Shown one piece after another: positions 21,521-30,710 of a stretch of DNA of 64,000 nt. Where the stretch lies: NCBI GenBank assembly GCA_934184665.1, contig CAKPSX010000003.1, forward strand, positions 7,806-71,805, in the 5' to 3' direction. Made by a program: the position numbers and the translations under genes. The notes beneath the pieces were generated by a model that ran no database searches, had not been told where the DNA came from, and saw nothing but the letters and a program-made list of their open reading frames with translations. The DNA comes from an uncultured Clostridia bacterium. GTDB taxonomy: Bacteria; Bacillota; Clostridia; TANB77; CAG-508. Position 1 is the first letter of the stretch, and each line of letters begins with the position of its first letter.

Positions 21521-21623
21521 CTTTAAATTACATAAAAAGATAGTAAATGCTACACATTGTATATTTTATCACATTTACTATCTTTTTTTCCATACTTTTT
21601 CTTAAATTTTCTACACTTTTTTA

Positions 21624-22874
21624 TCAATCTTCAGTATAAATTTCAGCTCCTAGCTTTTTTAATTTTTGTTCTATATTTTCATATCCTCTTAAAATATAAT
21701 GAATGTTGTCTATTTGCGTTTTTCCTTTCGCTGATAATGCCTCTAATATCAATGCTGCACCACCTCTCAAATCATTTGCAACAACATTTGTACCTTGTAT
21801 TCTTCTTGAGCCCTTTATTATTGCCGTTCTGCCTTCTACCTTTATTTTGGCTCCCATTCTATTTAATTCCTGAGTATATTTATATCTACTTTCAAAAATA
21901 TTTTCTGTAACAATTGATGTACCTTTTGCATGTGTTAGTAATGCTGTGAATATAGATTGTAAATCAGTTGGAAAGCCCGGATAAGGCATTGTTTTTATAT
22001 CAACAGCTTTCAATCTCCTTGGTGCAATTATTTCTATTTCATTATTTTGAGTTATTATTTTACAGTTTGTTTCTTCCAATTTATTTAGTATTGGCTCTAT
22101 ATGTCTTGGATTAGCATTTGTTATTTTTATATCTCCCCCTGTTATTGCTCCTGCTACTAAATATGTTCCCGCTTCTATTCTATCTGGCATAATATTATAA
22201 CTTATTTCTGATAGCTTTCTTACTCCTATTATTTCTATTCTATCCGTTCCTGCGCCTTTTATTTTTGCCCCTGCTTTATTTAAAAAATTCACCAAATCTT
22301 CTATCTCTGGCTCTTTGGCTGAGTTCGTCAATACCGTTGTCCCCTCTGCTAAACATGATGCAAGTATTATATTTTCTGTTGCTCCAACACTTGGAAAGTC
22401 AAGATTTATTTGTGTTCCTACTATTTCCTCAGAAGAACATACTATTTCACCATATTCTTCTTTTATCTCTATTCCTAATTTTTCAAATCCTTTAAGATGT
22501 AAATCTATAGGTCTTGCTCCAATATCACACCCTCCTGGATATGAAAAATTAGCTTTATGATATTTTCCTATTATTGCACCTGCTAATATCACTGATGACC
22601 TCATTTTTCTCATTAATTCTTCTGGTATTTCATATGTATGTACTTTACTTGTATCTATAATTACTTTATTGTTTTTCTTTGTCACCTTTCCACCTATATC
22701 TTTTATTATTTCAAACATTGTTTGCACATCTTGGATATTTGGCACATTATATAATGTTGTTCTTCCTTTAATTAATACTGTTGCTGCTATTATAGGTAAT
22801 GCCGCATTCTTTGAACCTGATATTTTAACTTCTCCCTTTAACTTTTTTCCTCCATGAATTATAAACTTTGACAT
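21624..22874 (-). CDS. murA: UDP-N-acetylglucosamine 1-carboxyvinyltransferase
   Basis: 416 aa with full-length MurA similarity, including the active-site region YPGGCDIGARPIDLH. Confidence 0.95.
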   Translation of the reverse strand: MSKFIIHGGKKLKGEVKISGSKNAALPIIAATVLIKGRTTLYNVPNIQDVQTMFEIIKDIGGKVTKKNNKVIIDTSKVHTYEIPEELMRKMRSSVILAGAIIGKYHKANFSYPGGCDIGARPIDLHLKGFEKLGIEIKEEYGEIVCSSEEIVGTQINLDFPSVGATENIILASCLAEGTTVLTNSAKEPEIEDLVNFLNKAGAKIKGAGTDRIEIIGVRKLSEISYNIMPDRIEAGTYLVAGAITGGDIKITNANPRHIEPILNKLEETNCKIITQNNEIEIIAPRRLKAVDIKTMPYPGFPTDLQSIFTALLTHAKGTSIVTENIFESRYKYTQELNRMGAKIKVEGRTAIIKGSRRIQGTNVVANDLRGGAALILEALSAKGKTQIDNIHYILRGYENIEQKLKKLGAEIYTED

Positions 22875-23083
22875 TTTTTCACCTCTTTTTTGTTTTGATA
22901 TATTTTATGTAATTTATTTATAAGGTGTGCTATTTTATATATCGCCACTACATGAAAGAAAAATTCTATTGTAATAATCTGTTATTTTAATTTATTTTGA
23001 TTGCTTACCTTTAACTTTTTATTTTTCTCTTTTTCTTTTATCCTATCTGAAATAATATCGGTGAATGCCTATAATTTGTCATT

Positions 23084-23392
23084 CTACTTATTTTCAATTA
23101 AATCGGTGTAATATATAATTTCTTTGCCTAATTTTTTGGCATAATCTATTTCTAGATTTGTACTATTGCCTATATAATTATCTACATTTACAACCAATAT
23201 GGCATCAGAAAATTCTATTCTTTTAAAATGTGCTTCTTTCAATTTCATTAATTGTCCTTCTGTCCTTTTAATATTTTCTAATACTGGATATACTGGTGTA
23301 AGAATGCAATATCCTTCTAATGCCATTTTTTCTGCAATCTTCATCATCTCTTTTTTAAATTTTAAACTTCCACATAATGTGATTACTTTCAT
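23084..23392 (-). CDS. hypothetical small protein, possibly with a nucleoside 2-deoxyribosyltransferase-like fold
   Basis: The start is set at MKVITLCGS, after SD TATGGAGGT. The pattern ITLCGSLKF ... ILVVN resembles DRTase-like Rossmann proteins. The functional call is weak. Confidence 0.5.
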   Translation of the reverse strand: MKVITLCGSLKFKKEMMKIAEKMALEGYCILTPVYPVLENIKRTEGQLMKLKEAHFKRIEFSDAILVVNVDNYIGNSTNLEIDYAKKLGKEIIYYTDLIENK

Positions 23393-23498
23393 TTCAATAC
23401 CTCCATATGTTTCAATATTTATCATTTTCCGTTCCATTTTTTTATATACTTTTATCTTTATTATATTAGGTATATTATAGTTTCCTGCAAATTTAGAA

Positions 23499-23687
23499 TT
23501 ATCTAACAATTGCTATACCTATTGCTATGCATCCTACTATAGTATTAATCATTCCCATTGTTTTTGAAACAGTGTCTCCCATAATATAGTATTTATTATA
23601 ATCTTCTGGATTATAACATATCTCAACCTCTTGTCCTATTTCATATTTAGACAAAGAACTTCCACTCGAAGATTCTTTTACAATATT
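23499..23687 (-). pseudogene. C-terminal remnant of a DUF3592-like membrane protein
   Basis: 62-codon open frame with no usable start. It reads ...KYEIGQEVEICYNPEDYNKYY...TMGMINTIVGCIAIGIAIVR, matching the DUF3592 pattern (G-x-V-x-V-x-Y-x-P followed by a TM). Confidence 0.4.
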
Positions 23688-23854
23688 TTAAGCAAAGTGT
23701 TTTGCGAAATCTTGTTTAATTATTTTCAATTTAAACGCCATCCTTTCGTTTGGATGATTTTAATATTGTTTTTAGGCAACAAAAAAATCAACCAGATTTT
23801 ATTTTCTGATTGATTTTTGTATCTATCTGTCGTTTTCCGGCATTCAAATACAAA

Positions 23855-23884
23855 AAAGACTTAAAGCAAAGCTTTAAGTCATCT
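23855..23884 (-). terminator. tRNA-Leu terminator
   Basis: On the minus strand, GACTTAAAGC-tttg-CTTTAAGTC followed by TTTTTT, immediately after the tRNA 3' end. Confidence 0.75.
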
Positions 23885-23885
23885 G

Positions 23886-23973
23886 TGGTGCAGATGGCCG
23901 GAATCGAACCGGCACGGTTTATTCAACCGCAGGATTTTAAGTCCTGTGCGTCTGCCAGTTCCGCCACATCTGC
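23886..23973 (-). tRNA. tRNA-Leu (anticodon UAA)
   Basis: 88-nt cloverleaf folded by hand. Acceptor GCAGATG/CATCTGC, anticodon arm CAGGA-CTTAAAA-TCCTG, long variable arm, T-arm GCCGG-TTCGATT-CCGGC, and encoded CCA. Confidence 0.9.
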
Positions 23974-24007
23974 ATTTATAACTGGCATTTGTCTTACGAC
24001 AATGACA

Positions 24008-24036
24008 ATTATAATATTTTTATAGCAGTTTGTCAA
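24008..24036 (-). promoter_or_regulatory. consensus sigma-A promoter for tRNA-Leu
   Basis: On the minus strand, TTGACA (24031-24036) and TATAAT (24008-24013) are separated by 17 nt. Confidence 0.7.
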
Positions 24037-24146
24037 TAGATATTTCAAAAAAATTAAAAATATTTTTTGAAAGTTGGTTAAATTATAATTATGATATTGT
24101 TACAATGGAATTTCTCTATTTCTCCATCTTTCATAGAATTATAAAT

Positions 24147-25586
24147 TTAATCTTTTTTTAGTTCTTCTATAAACATTTTATTTAACATTTGTGGGTTTGC
24201 TTTTCCTTTAGTTTCTTTCATTGCTTGACCTACTAAAAATCCTAATGCTCTATCTTTACCTCCTTTATAATCTGATATTGATTGAGGGTTCGCATCTAAT
24301 ATTTTTAGTACAATTTCTTTTATTGCATTTTCGTCTGATATTTGTACCCAACCTTTTTCTTGTATTATTGTTTCTGGGTCTCTTGGATTTTCAAATAGTT
24401 CTACTAATACTTTTTTTCCAATACTTGAACTTATTGTACCTTTATCAATTAGCATTACTAACTTTCCTAGTTGGTTTGCATCAAAAGGAATTTCAATTGG
24501 TTCCATTTCTGTTTCATTTAATATTCTTGATATGTCTGATATTATCCAATTGTTTACCGCTTTATAATTTCCGCATACTTTTGATGCTTTTTCAAATAAA
24601 TCTGATAAATATTTTGAAGATGTAATTATATTAGCATCTTTTTCTGATAACTTATATTCTTCCAAATATCTTTTCTTTCTGCTTTCTGGTAATTCAGGTA
24701 AACTATTTTTTATATTTTCTATATATTCATCTGATAATTTTATTGCTACTAAATCGGGTTCCGGAAAATATCTGTAATCTTGTGCATCTTCTTTATCTCT
24801 CATTGAAAATGTTTTTCCAGATACTTCATCCCATCTTAATGTTTCTTGTGTAATTGTTCCACCATTATCTACAACTTCTACTTGTCTTTGTATTTCATAT
24901 TCAACAGCTCTTGATATACTTCTAAATGAGTTCATATTTTTCATCTCTGTACGTGTTCCAAGTTTAGTTTCACCTTTTTTACGTATAGATACATTTACAT
25001 CAGCTCTGAATGAACCTTCTTGCATTTTGCAATCTGAAACTTCGATATATTCAAGTATTGATTTTAATTTTTTTAGATATGCGTCAACTTCTTCAATTGT
25101 TCTTAAATCTGGTTCAGATACAATTTCTATTAATGGCACACCTGCTCTGTTTAAGTCAACTAATGTGCCTCCACCTATATCATCATGATTTAATTTTCCA
25201 GCATCTTCTTCTATATGAATACGTGTTATTCCTATTTTTTTATTTCCATTACTTGTTTCAATTTCTATATATCCATGTTCACAAAGTGGTTTATCATATT
25301 GTGATATTTGGTATGCCTTTGGTAAATCTGGATAAAAATAATTTTTTCTATCGTTTTTGCAATTTCTTGATATTTCACAGTTCGTTGCAAGTCCTGCTTT
25401 TACAGCATATTCAACTACCTTTTCATTTAATACTGGCAATGTTCCTGGCATTGCAGTACATATTGGACATATTTGTGTATTTGGCTCTGCACCAAATGCT
25501 GTTGGGCAGTTGCAAAATATTTTTGTTTTTGTTGATAGTTCGGCATGTACTTCTAAGCCCATTACTACTTCATAATCTTCTCTCAT
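24147..25586 (-). CDS. gatB: Asp/Glu-tRNA amidotransferase subunit B
   Basis: 479 aa with full-length GatB similarity (GLEVHAEL, YFYPDLPK, DVNVS). Confidence 0.95.
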   Translation of the reverse strand: MREDYEVVMGLEVHAELSTKTKIFCNCPTAFGAEPNTQICPICTAMPGTLPVLNEKVVEYAVKAGLATNCEISRNCKNDRKNYFYPDLPKAYQISQYDKPLCEHGYIEIETSNGNKKIGITRIHIEEDAGKLNHDDIGGGTLVDLNRAGVPLIEIVSEPDLRTIEEVDAYLKKLKSILEYIEVSDCKMQEGSFRADVNVSIRKKGETKLGTRTEMKNMNSFRSISRAVEYEIQRQVEVVDNGGTITQETLRWDEVSGKTFSMRDKEDAQDYRYFPEPDLVAIKLSDEYIENIKNSLPELPESRKKRYLEEYKLSEKDANIITSSKYLSDLFEKASKVCGNYKAVNNWIISDISRILNETEMEPIEIPFDANQLGKLVMLIDKGTISSSIGKKVLVELFENPRDPETIIQEKGWVQISDENAIKEIVLKILDANPQSISDYKGGKDRALGFLVGQAMKETKGKANPQMLNKMFIEELKKD

Positions 25587-25630
25587 AATTATTTTAAAGA
25601 TAATAGCTATCTTACGGCATTAAAATTAAA

Positions 25631-25675
25631 TTAAAATGCGATTACATACACCAGTTTGTGTACCTTTTCCTTTTA
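25631..25675 (-). repeat. conserved intergenic hairpin motif, copy 1 (gatA-gatB spacer)
   Basis: The minus strand reads TAAAAGGAAAAGGTACACAAACTGGTGTATGTAATCGCATTTTAA. It is near-identical in pattern to the copy at 59255-59298. Confidence 0.6.
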
Positions 25676-25708
25676 GTTTAATTCTGCCTAGCAATATAAC
25701 AATTCTCT

Positions 25709-27190
25709 TTAAAATTGTTCACCTCCTTTGAATGTTGGTTTATATTTCTCACGGAAGTTTGTTTCTTGTTCATATGCATATGCAGCATGTAATATTTTTT
25801 CTTCTTCAAACTTATTTCCTATTATTTGCATTCCTATAGGCATCCCTTCACTATTTACTCCGCATGGGATTGATATACCTGGTAATCCAGCTATATTAAC
25901 AGATACTGTACATATGTCTGCTAAATACATTTCCATTGGGTTTGTTGATTTTTCTCCTAGTTTGAATGCAACTGTTGGTGATGTTGGTGTTATAATGATA
26001 TCATATTTTTCAAAAGCTTTATTAAATTCATTCATTACTAATGTACGAACTTGTTGTGCTTTTTTATAATATGCATCATAATATCCTGAAGATAATACAT
26101 ATGTTCCAAGTATAATTCTTCTTTTTACTTCTGTTCCAAATGCTTCACTTCTTGATTTTTTATAAATCTCCTTTAATGTTTTAGCTTCTGGTGCTCTATA
26201 TGTGTATCTTATTCCATCAAATCTGCCTAAGTTTGAGCTTGCCTCTGCACAAGCAATTATATAATATGTTGCTAAAGCATAGTTTGAAATATCTAATGAA
26301 AATTCTTCAATTTCTGCTCCCATTTCTTTATATTTTTCTATTGCTTTTTCAAGTGATTCTTTTACTTCTGGATTTATTCCCTCTCCATAAAATTCTTTTG
26401 GCACTCCTATTTTTAATCCTTTTACATTTCTTTTTAGTGATTGAGTATAATCTTTTGGTTCAGCATCTACTGATGTTGTGTCTTTTTCATCATGTCCAGC
26501 TATCACATTTAATAATGTTGCACAGTCTTGTACATCTTTTGTAAATACTCCTACTTGGTCTAGTGATGATGCAAATGCGACTACCCCATATCTTGAAACT
26601 AGTCCATATGTTGGTTTAAGTCCAACTACACCACATAAACTTGCTGGCTGGCGAATACTTCCACCTGTATCTGTTCCTAATGCCCATGGAACCATATTGG
26701 CTGCAACTGCTGCCGCTGAGCCTCCTGATGAACCGCCTGGCACTCTTGATAAATCCCATGGATTTCTTGTCTTTTTAAAATATGAATATTCTGTTGAACC
26801 GCCCATTGCAAATTCGTCCATATTTAATTTACCAAGGTCTATCATTTTTTCTGCATTTATTTTTTCCATAACCGTTGCATCATATGGTGATACAAAATTT
26901 TCTAGCATTCTTGATGCACAAGTTGTCTTTATCCCTTTTGTACATATAATATCTTTTATTCCGATTGGTATTCCTGCTAGCTCTCCTACCTTTTCTCCTG
27001 CATCTATTTTTGCTTGTATTTGTTCTGCTTGCTTCATCCCCTCTTCTGTAAGCTCTGTAATAAATGCTTGTACATCCTTTTCTTTTTCATTTATTCTATT
27101 AATATATGCTTCATTAATTTCTTTTATTGTTAATTCTTTGTTTTTAATTTTTTCTTGTAATTCGTGTACTGTTAATTCTGTAATTTCCAC
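25709..27190 (-). CDS. gatA: Glu-tRNA(Gln) amidotransferase subunit A
   Basis: 493 aa with the amidase signature [13 protein letters not shown] and the Ser-cisSer-Lys context. Confidence 0.95.
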   Translation of the reverse strand: MEITELTVHELQEKIKNKELTIKEINEAYINRINEKEKDVQAFITELTEEGMKQAEQIQAKIDAGEKVGELAGIPIGIKDIICTKGIKTTCASRMLENFVSPYDATVMEKINAEKMIDLGKLNMDEFAMGGSTEYSYFKKTRNPWDLSRVPGGSSGGSAAAVAANMVPWALGTDTGGSIRQPASLCGVVGLKPTYGLVSRYGVVAFASSLDQVGVFTKDVQDCATLLNVIAGHDEKDTTSVDAEPKDYTQSLKRNVKGLKIGVPKEFYGEGINPEVKESLEKAIEKYKEMGAEIEEFSLDISNYALATYYIIACAEASSNLGRFDGIRYTYRAPEAKTLKEIYKKSRSEAFGTEVKRRIILGTYVLSSGYYDAYYKKAQQVRTLVMNEFNKAFEKYDIIITPTSPTVAFKLGEKSTNPMEMYLADICTVSVNIAGLPGISIPCGVNSEGMPIGMQIIGNKFEEEKILHAAYAYEQETNFREKYKPTFKGGEQF

Positions 27191-27244
27191 TTAGATTCCT
27201 CCAATCTTTATAATAGGAACATCTCACTTTCCTATTTTACTATA

Positions 27245-27532
27245 TTAATTTATTACTTTTGGTATTTTAAACATATGTTGTTTTTGCTCTGGTGCATTTT
27301 GTAATAAACTATCAGTATCTTCAAATCTTTTTATTTCATCTTTTCTAAATTTATTTTTGGCATTATTTGTTCCTATTGTTACATCTAATCCGTCAACAGG
27401 TGCATTATTTACTATATTTGCAAAATTTAATATATCTTGTAAATGTAACATGTATTTTTCAATTTCTTCTTCTTTTAATTCTAATTGTGCTAAATTTGCT
27501 ATATGCAATATTTCTTCTTTACTTACTTGCAT
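27245..27532 (-). CDS. gatC: Asp/Glu-tRNA amidotransferase subunit C
   Basis: The start is set at MQVSKEEILHIANLAQLEL, after SD GAGGAGG. It is a 95-aa GatC-like protein upstream of gatA. Confidence 0.85.
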   Translation of the reverse strand: MQVSKEEILHIANLAQLELKEEEIEKYMLHLQDILNFANIVNNAPVDGLDVTIGTNNAKNKFRKDEIKRFEDTDSLLQNAPEQKQHMFKIPKVIN

Positions 27533-27602
27533 AATAACCTCCTCATTTTCTATTCGTTTTCTTAACATAACATATTATATACTGTTTTTTCCAAAATTAC
27601 AA

Positions 27603-27632
27603 GTAAAACCCCTTAGTTTTTTACCTAAGGGG
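27603..27632 (-). terminator. terminator after the DUF3048 gene
   Basis: On the minus strand, CCCCTTAG-gtaaaaaa-CTAAGGGG followed by TTTTAC. Confidence 0.65.
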
Positions 27633-27670
27633 CATAAACTGATTAAATTTTCTGATACTTTTTATAGTTA

Positions 27671-28723
27671 TTATTCAATAACCACATTGGCTTCTGTTGG
27701 GCAAATATTTACAAATGTATTTCCATCATTTACATTTATTTCATTTCCCTGTAAATCTTTATAAACTGTTTGAGCATCTCTAGCATTTTTCGTACATTTG
27801 ATTTTTATTGCCTTCCCATTTGTTATATAATATCCATCAAAAGTTCCAATATTTTTTAATCCTTGTCTTCCTTTATTTTCGCTATCTGTTAAATCATAAT
27901 TATCGCAATATGTTATAATTATATTTTTAGTTGTGACACTTTCTCCTGTTGTATAGTCTTTTTGAAGTTTTCCTCTAGCATATCTAGTATATACCTTCTT
28001 TTCAGCATCATATTCATATGTGACTGTTTGTAATTTTGAATGTGGTATTGTAACTTTATTTGCAGATACACTATCTTGTGATGTTAATTGTATTTCATCT
28101 ATTGAATAATTTAAAATACTTTCTTTTTGTGATGTCGTCCTATATTTATTTCTTTCTGCAATTTTTAATATATTTTCTGTGCTTGTTAATACATTATGTG
28201 GTGCTGCTTTATCTTTGACTCTCCAAAAGCTTGATGAACTTTCTGTTATTCCATTTATATTATTTATTCCTAATGTGCTTATATCACTTTCAGCTTGAGG
28301 GCTCCATCCATAATGCACATATATTGCATCATTTTCTAAAGCATAATCTAAGAAATAATGTCTTGAACTTCTTACTGGTCCGATTTTATCAACATTTTGA
28401 CCTTTAAATACTGCCAATAATCTAGTTTCTCCTCCTTCAACAACAATTTCATAAACCATATATGCTTTGTTTAAGTTTGCTTGAGGCCACGCACCTGAAT
28501 GATTATCAATCATAACTGCTATTGCTCTACTATTTCCTCTGAATATTTGGGGTTGATTTTTATCTACTACTAATTCTCCATTATCTACTTCTGTATTTGT
28601 TTCCAAAGAATCTCCGGTATTTCCTTTATCTCGCGTTATATATTTATATATAAACACTCCACCTGCAACAAGTACAAGTATAGATAAAGTACATATCAAA
28701 ATAATTACTTCTTTATTTTTCAT
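27671..28723 (-). CDS. DUF3048 (YerB-like) secreted or lipid-anchored protein
   Basis: 350 aa. N-terminal TM/signal anchor and the motif AVMIDNHSGAWPQANLNKAYMVYEIVVEGGETRLLAVF, typical of DUF3048. Confidence 0.8.
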   Translation of the reverse strand: MKNKEVIILICTLSILVLVAGGVFIYKYITRDKGNTGDSLETNTEVDNGELVVDKNQPQIFRGNSRAIAVMIDNHSGAWPQANLNKAYMVYEIVVEGGETRLLAVFKGQNVDKIGPVRSSRHYFLDYALENDAIYVHYGWSPQAESDISTLGINNINGITESSSSFWRVKDKAAPHNVLTSTENILKIAERNKYRTTSQKESILNYSIDEIQLTSQDSVSANKVTIPHSKLQTVTYEYDAEKKVYTRYARGKLQKDYTTGESVTTKNIIITYCDNYDLTDSENKGRQGLKNIGTFDGYYITNGKAIKIKCTKNARDAQTVYKDLQGNEINVNDGNTFVNICPTEANVVIE

Positions 28724-28777
28724 CTATTTTATTCAATCCTTTCTCAATGTGCATATTATGGGAAATTGAACTATAAT

Positions 28778-29260
28778 TTATTGGTCATTTTCTCTCACAA
28801 TTCCCAGTTTATTTAATACATTCTCTTCTTTTGGTCTCATTATAATTTTATCTTTTTCCTCTATATGATCATATCCCATTAGATGATAGAAGCCGTGTAC
28901 TAACATATATGAAAATTCTCTTTCAAAACTATGTCCATATTCTTTTGCTTGTTCTTGTACTCTTTCAATAGATATTATTATATCTCCTAATATATCTTCA
29001 TGTTCAAAATTCATGTTTTTTATTTTTTCATCTAATTCAAACTTTTCAAACATAGGAAATGACAATACATCTGTTTCTCTATCAATATTTCTATATTCTT
29101 TATTTGCTTTTCTGATATTCTGTGGAGTTGTTAATATTATGTTTATATATAGTTTTGATTGTTCCAACTTTTCCTCTTTAAAGCACTGTTCTATTACTCT
29201 TTTTATTATGTCCTCATATTGATGGTTTTCTTCTATATCTAAATATTCTAATTCATACAT
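28778..29260 (-). CDS. ybeY: rRNA maturation endoribonuclease YbeY
   Basis: 160 aa with the metal-binding motif HGFYHLMGYDH. Confidence 0.92.
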   Translation of the reverse strand: MYELEYLDIEENHQYEDIIKRVIEQCFKEEKLEQSKLYINIILTTPQNIRKANKEYRNIDRETDVLSFPMFEKFELDEKIKNMNFEHEDILGDIIISIERVQEQAKEYGHSFEREFSYMLVHGFYHLMGYDHIEEKDKIIMRPKEENVLNKLGIVRENDQ

Positions 29261-29342
29261 ATTTTTTCTGCCTTTCTTAGTGTATCACCATTTTATTATA
29301 AACAGCTCTATTTTTGATAAAATTGTTTATCATATACTATAA

Positions 29343-30572
29343 TTATGCACTTATTAATTCTTTAACTTTTCTTTTATTTACTCTGCTATATTTTTTATTT
29401 TCTGTTCTTACTGATTTTATTTCTTTCATTACACCATAATCTATTAATTTTCTGTGATAATATTTTATTAAATTACTATAATCTCTTTTGTCTTTTCTTA
29501 TTTTTTCTATATCATCTCTAATAAACAATATTTCTTTTTGTTTCACATATTCTATATAATCTGTTTCTTTTAATTTTTCAATTATTTTATATTTTTCATA
29601 TAGACTTTTAAATTCTTCCCTATCTTTTTGGTTTTCCCAATATACTTTTGTTGCTAATAGTCTTATATTGTAATCTTCTATTAATGTTAATAACATTGTA
29701 TAAGCTCTTTCTCTTTTTGTTGCAATTTTTGTGTCTTGTACAAGACTTCTTGCATCTTTTAATAGTTTCATATAACATTGTTCAGCAACAACTAATGGTA
29801 AACTGTGTGTAAATAAGTTCCTACTGATTCCTAGTAAAATCATATTTTTTTCTATATTATCTCTAGCATCTAATTTACCTACAGTAAATTTTTCGTATTT
29901 TTCATACTCTTTTGAAATCTTTTCGAATTTTTCATCATTCATTTTTAATGGTATTATATTTTTTATGTAATCTTCTAGTGTGTCAAATATCTTTATATAT
30001 ACCCATTCTTTTGTTGAATCATATATATTTGTATTATCTGCTAATTTTATAGAATAATTTTTTAATATTCCTTTATATAATGAATCTTGTTTTGATACAT
30101 AAAATCTTTGATATTTTTCAATTACTTTTTCTTTTCCTGAATTCATTACAGATTCTTTGTCAAGTTCTAATAAATATTTTTGTTTTCTATATTTATATTC
30201 TACATATTCATTTTCTTTTAATTGAACTATACCATAATATTGAGATAATGCCATACTTTCTAATTTTGTTGCTGTTTCATTTTTTACTTTTTTGTATATT
30301 GTATCTAATACATATTTATCTAAAGCTTCTAAATATGCTGTGTAAGCATCCTCATATTTTTTCTCTACTATCTCTTTTTTACTTGGTTCAATATCCTCAT
30401 CTCTTGTAGCTTCATATGCCTTTATTAATGCATTTCTTTTCATTCCAATGCGCATACCATTGATTCCTATTTGTGTTGGTATTAATAATTTTGTTAATGT
30501 ATTTGTTAATTTATTGAAAAATGTTTTATCTGTTCCTACTACTCTTAGACTTCTTTCTTCCATATAATTCAC
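29343..30572 (-). CDS. hypothetical Lys/Glu/Tyr-rich helical protein
   Basis: 409-aa ORF with no TM and no recognisable catalytic or NTP-binding motif. It occupies the yqfD-ybeY interval, where phoH and the 7TM-HD gene usually lie. Confidence 0.6.
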   Translation of the reverse strand: MNYMEERSLRVVGTDKTFFNKLTNTLTKLLIPTQIGINGMRIGMKRNALIKAYEATRDEDIEPSKKEIVEKKYEDAYTAYLEALDKYVLDTIYKKVKNETATKLESMALSQYYGIVQLKENEYVEYKYRKQKYLLELDKESVMNSGKEKVIEKYQRFYVSKQDSLYKGILKNYSIKLADNTNIYDSTKEWVYIKIFDTLEDYIKNIIPLKMNDEKFEKISKEYEKYEKFTVGKLDARDNIEKNMILLGISRNLFTHSLPLVVAEQCYMKLLKDARSLVQDTKIATKRERAYTMLLTLIEDYNIRLLATKVYWENQKDREEFKSLYEKYKIIEKLKETDYIEYVKQKEILFIRDDIEKIRKDKRDYSNLIKYYHRKLIDYGVMKEIKSVRTENKKYSRVNKRKVKELISA

Positions 30573-30710
30573 CCTTTCTAAGTTATCTGGTAGGCAGGTA
30601 TATTATTATTCTATTGTATTTCTTCTGTTTGTTGTTGTGTTATGTCAATTCTTCCCTGCATTCCTATATTTTCAACCACATCATATGTAACTTTTACTTC
30701 TACAAATTCG

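Noticed and set aside
613-27194. Numerous plus-strand ORFs in the track that lie antisense to long minus-strand genes, for example 613-990, 3493-3858, 13378-13929, 16231-16740, 17637-18161 and 26478-27194.
   Set aside because: Their products are low-complexity Phe/Leu/Ile/Ser-rich strings with no motifs. They sit entirely inside well-supported genes on the other strand, which is the typical shadow-ORF pattern.
27533-27670. A T-box or other riboswitch upstream of gatCAB.
   Set aside because: The interval holds only the upstream gene's terminator, a TTGTAA-17-TATAAT promoter and an RBS. It is too short for a T-box and has no specifier or T-box sequence.
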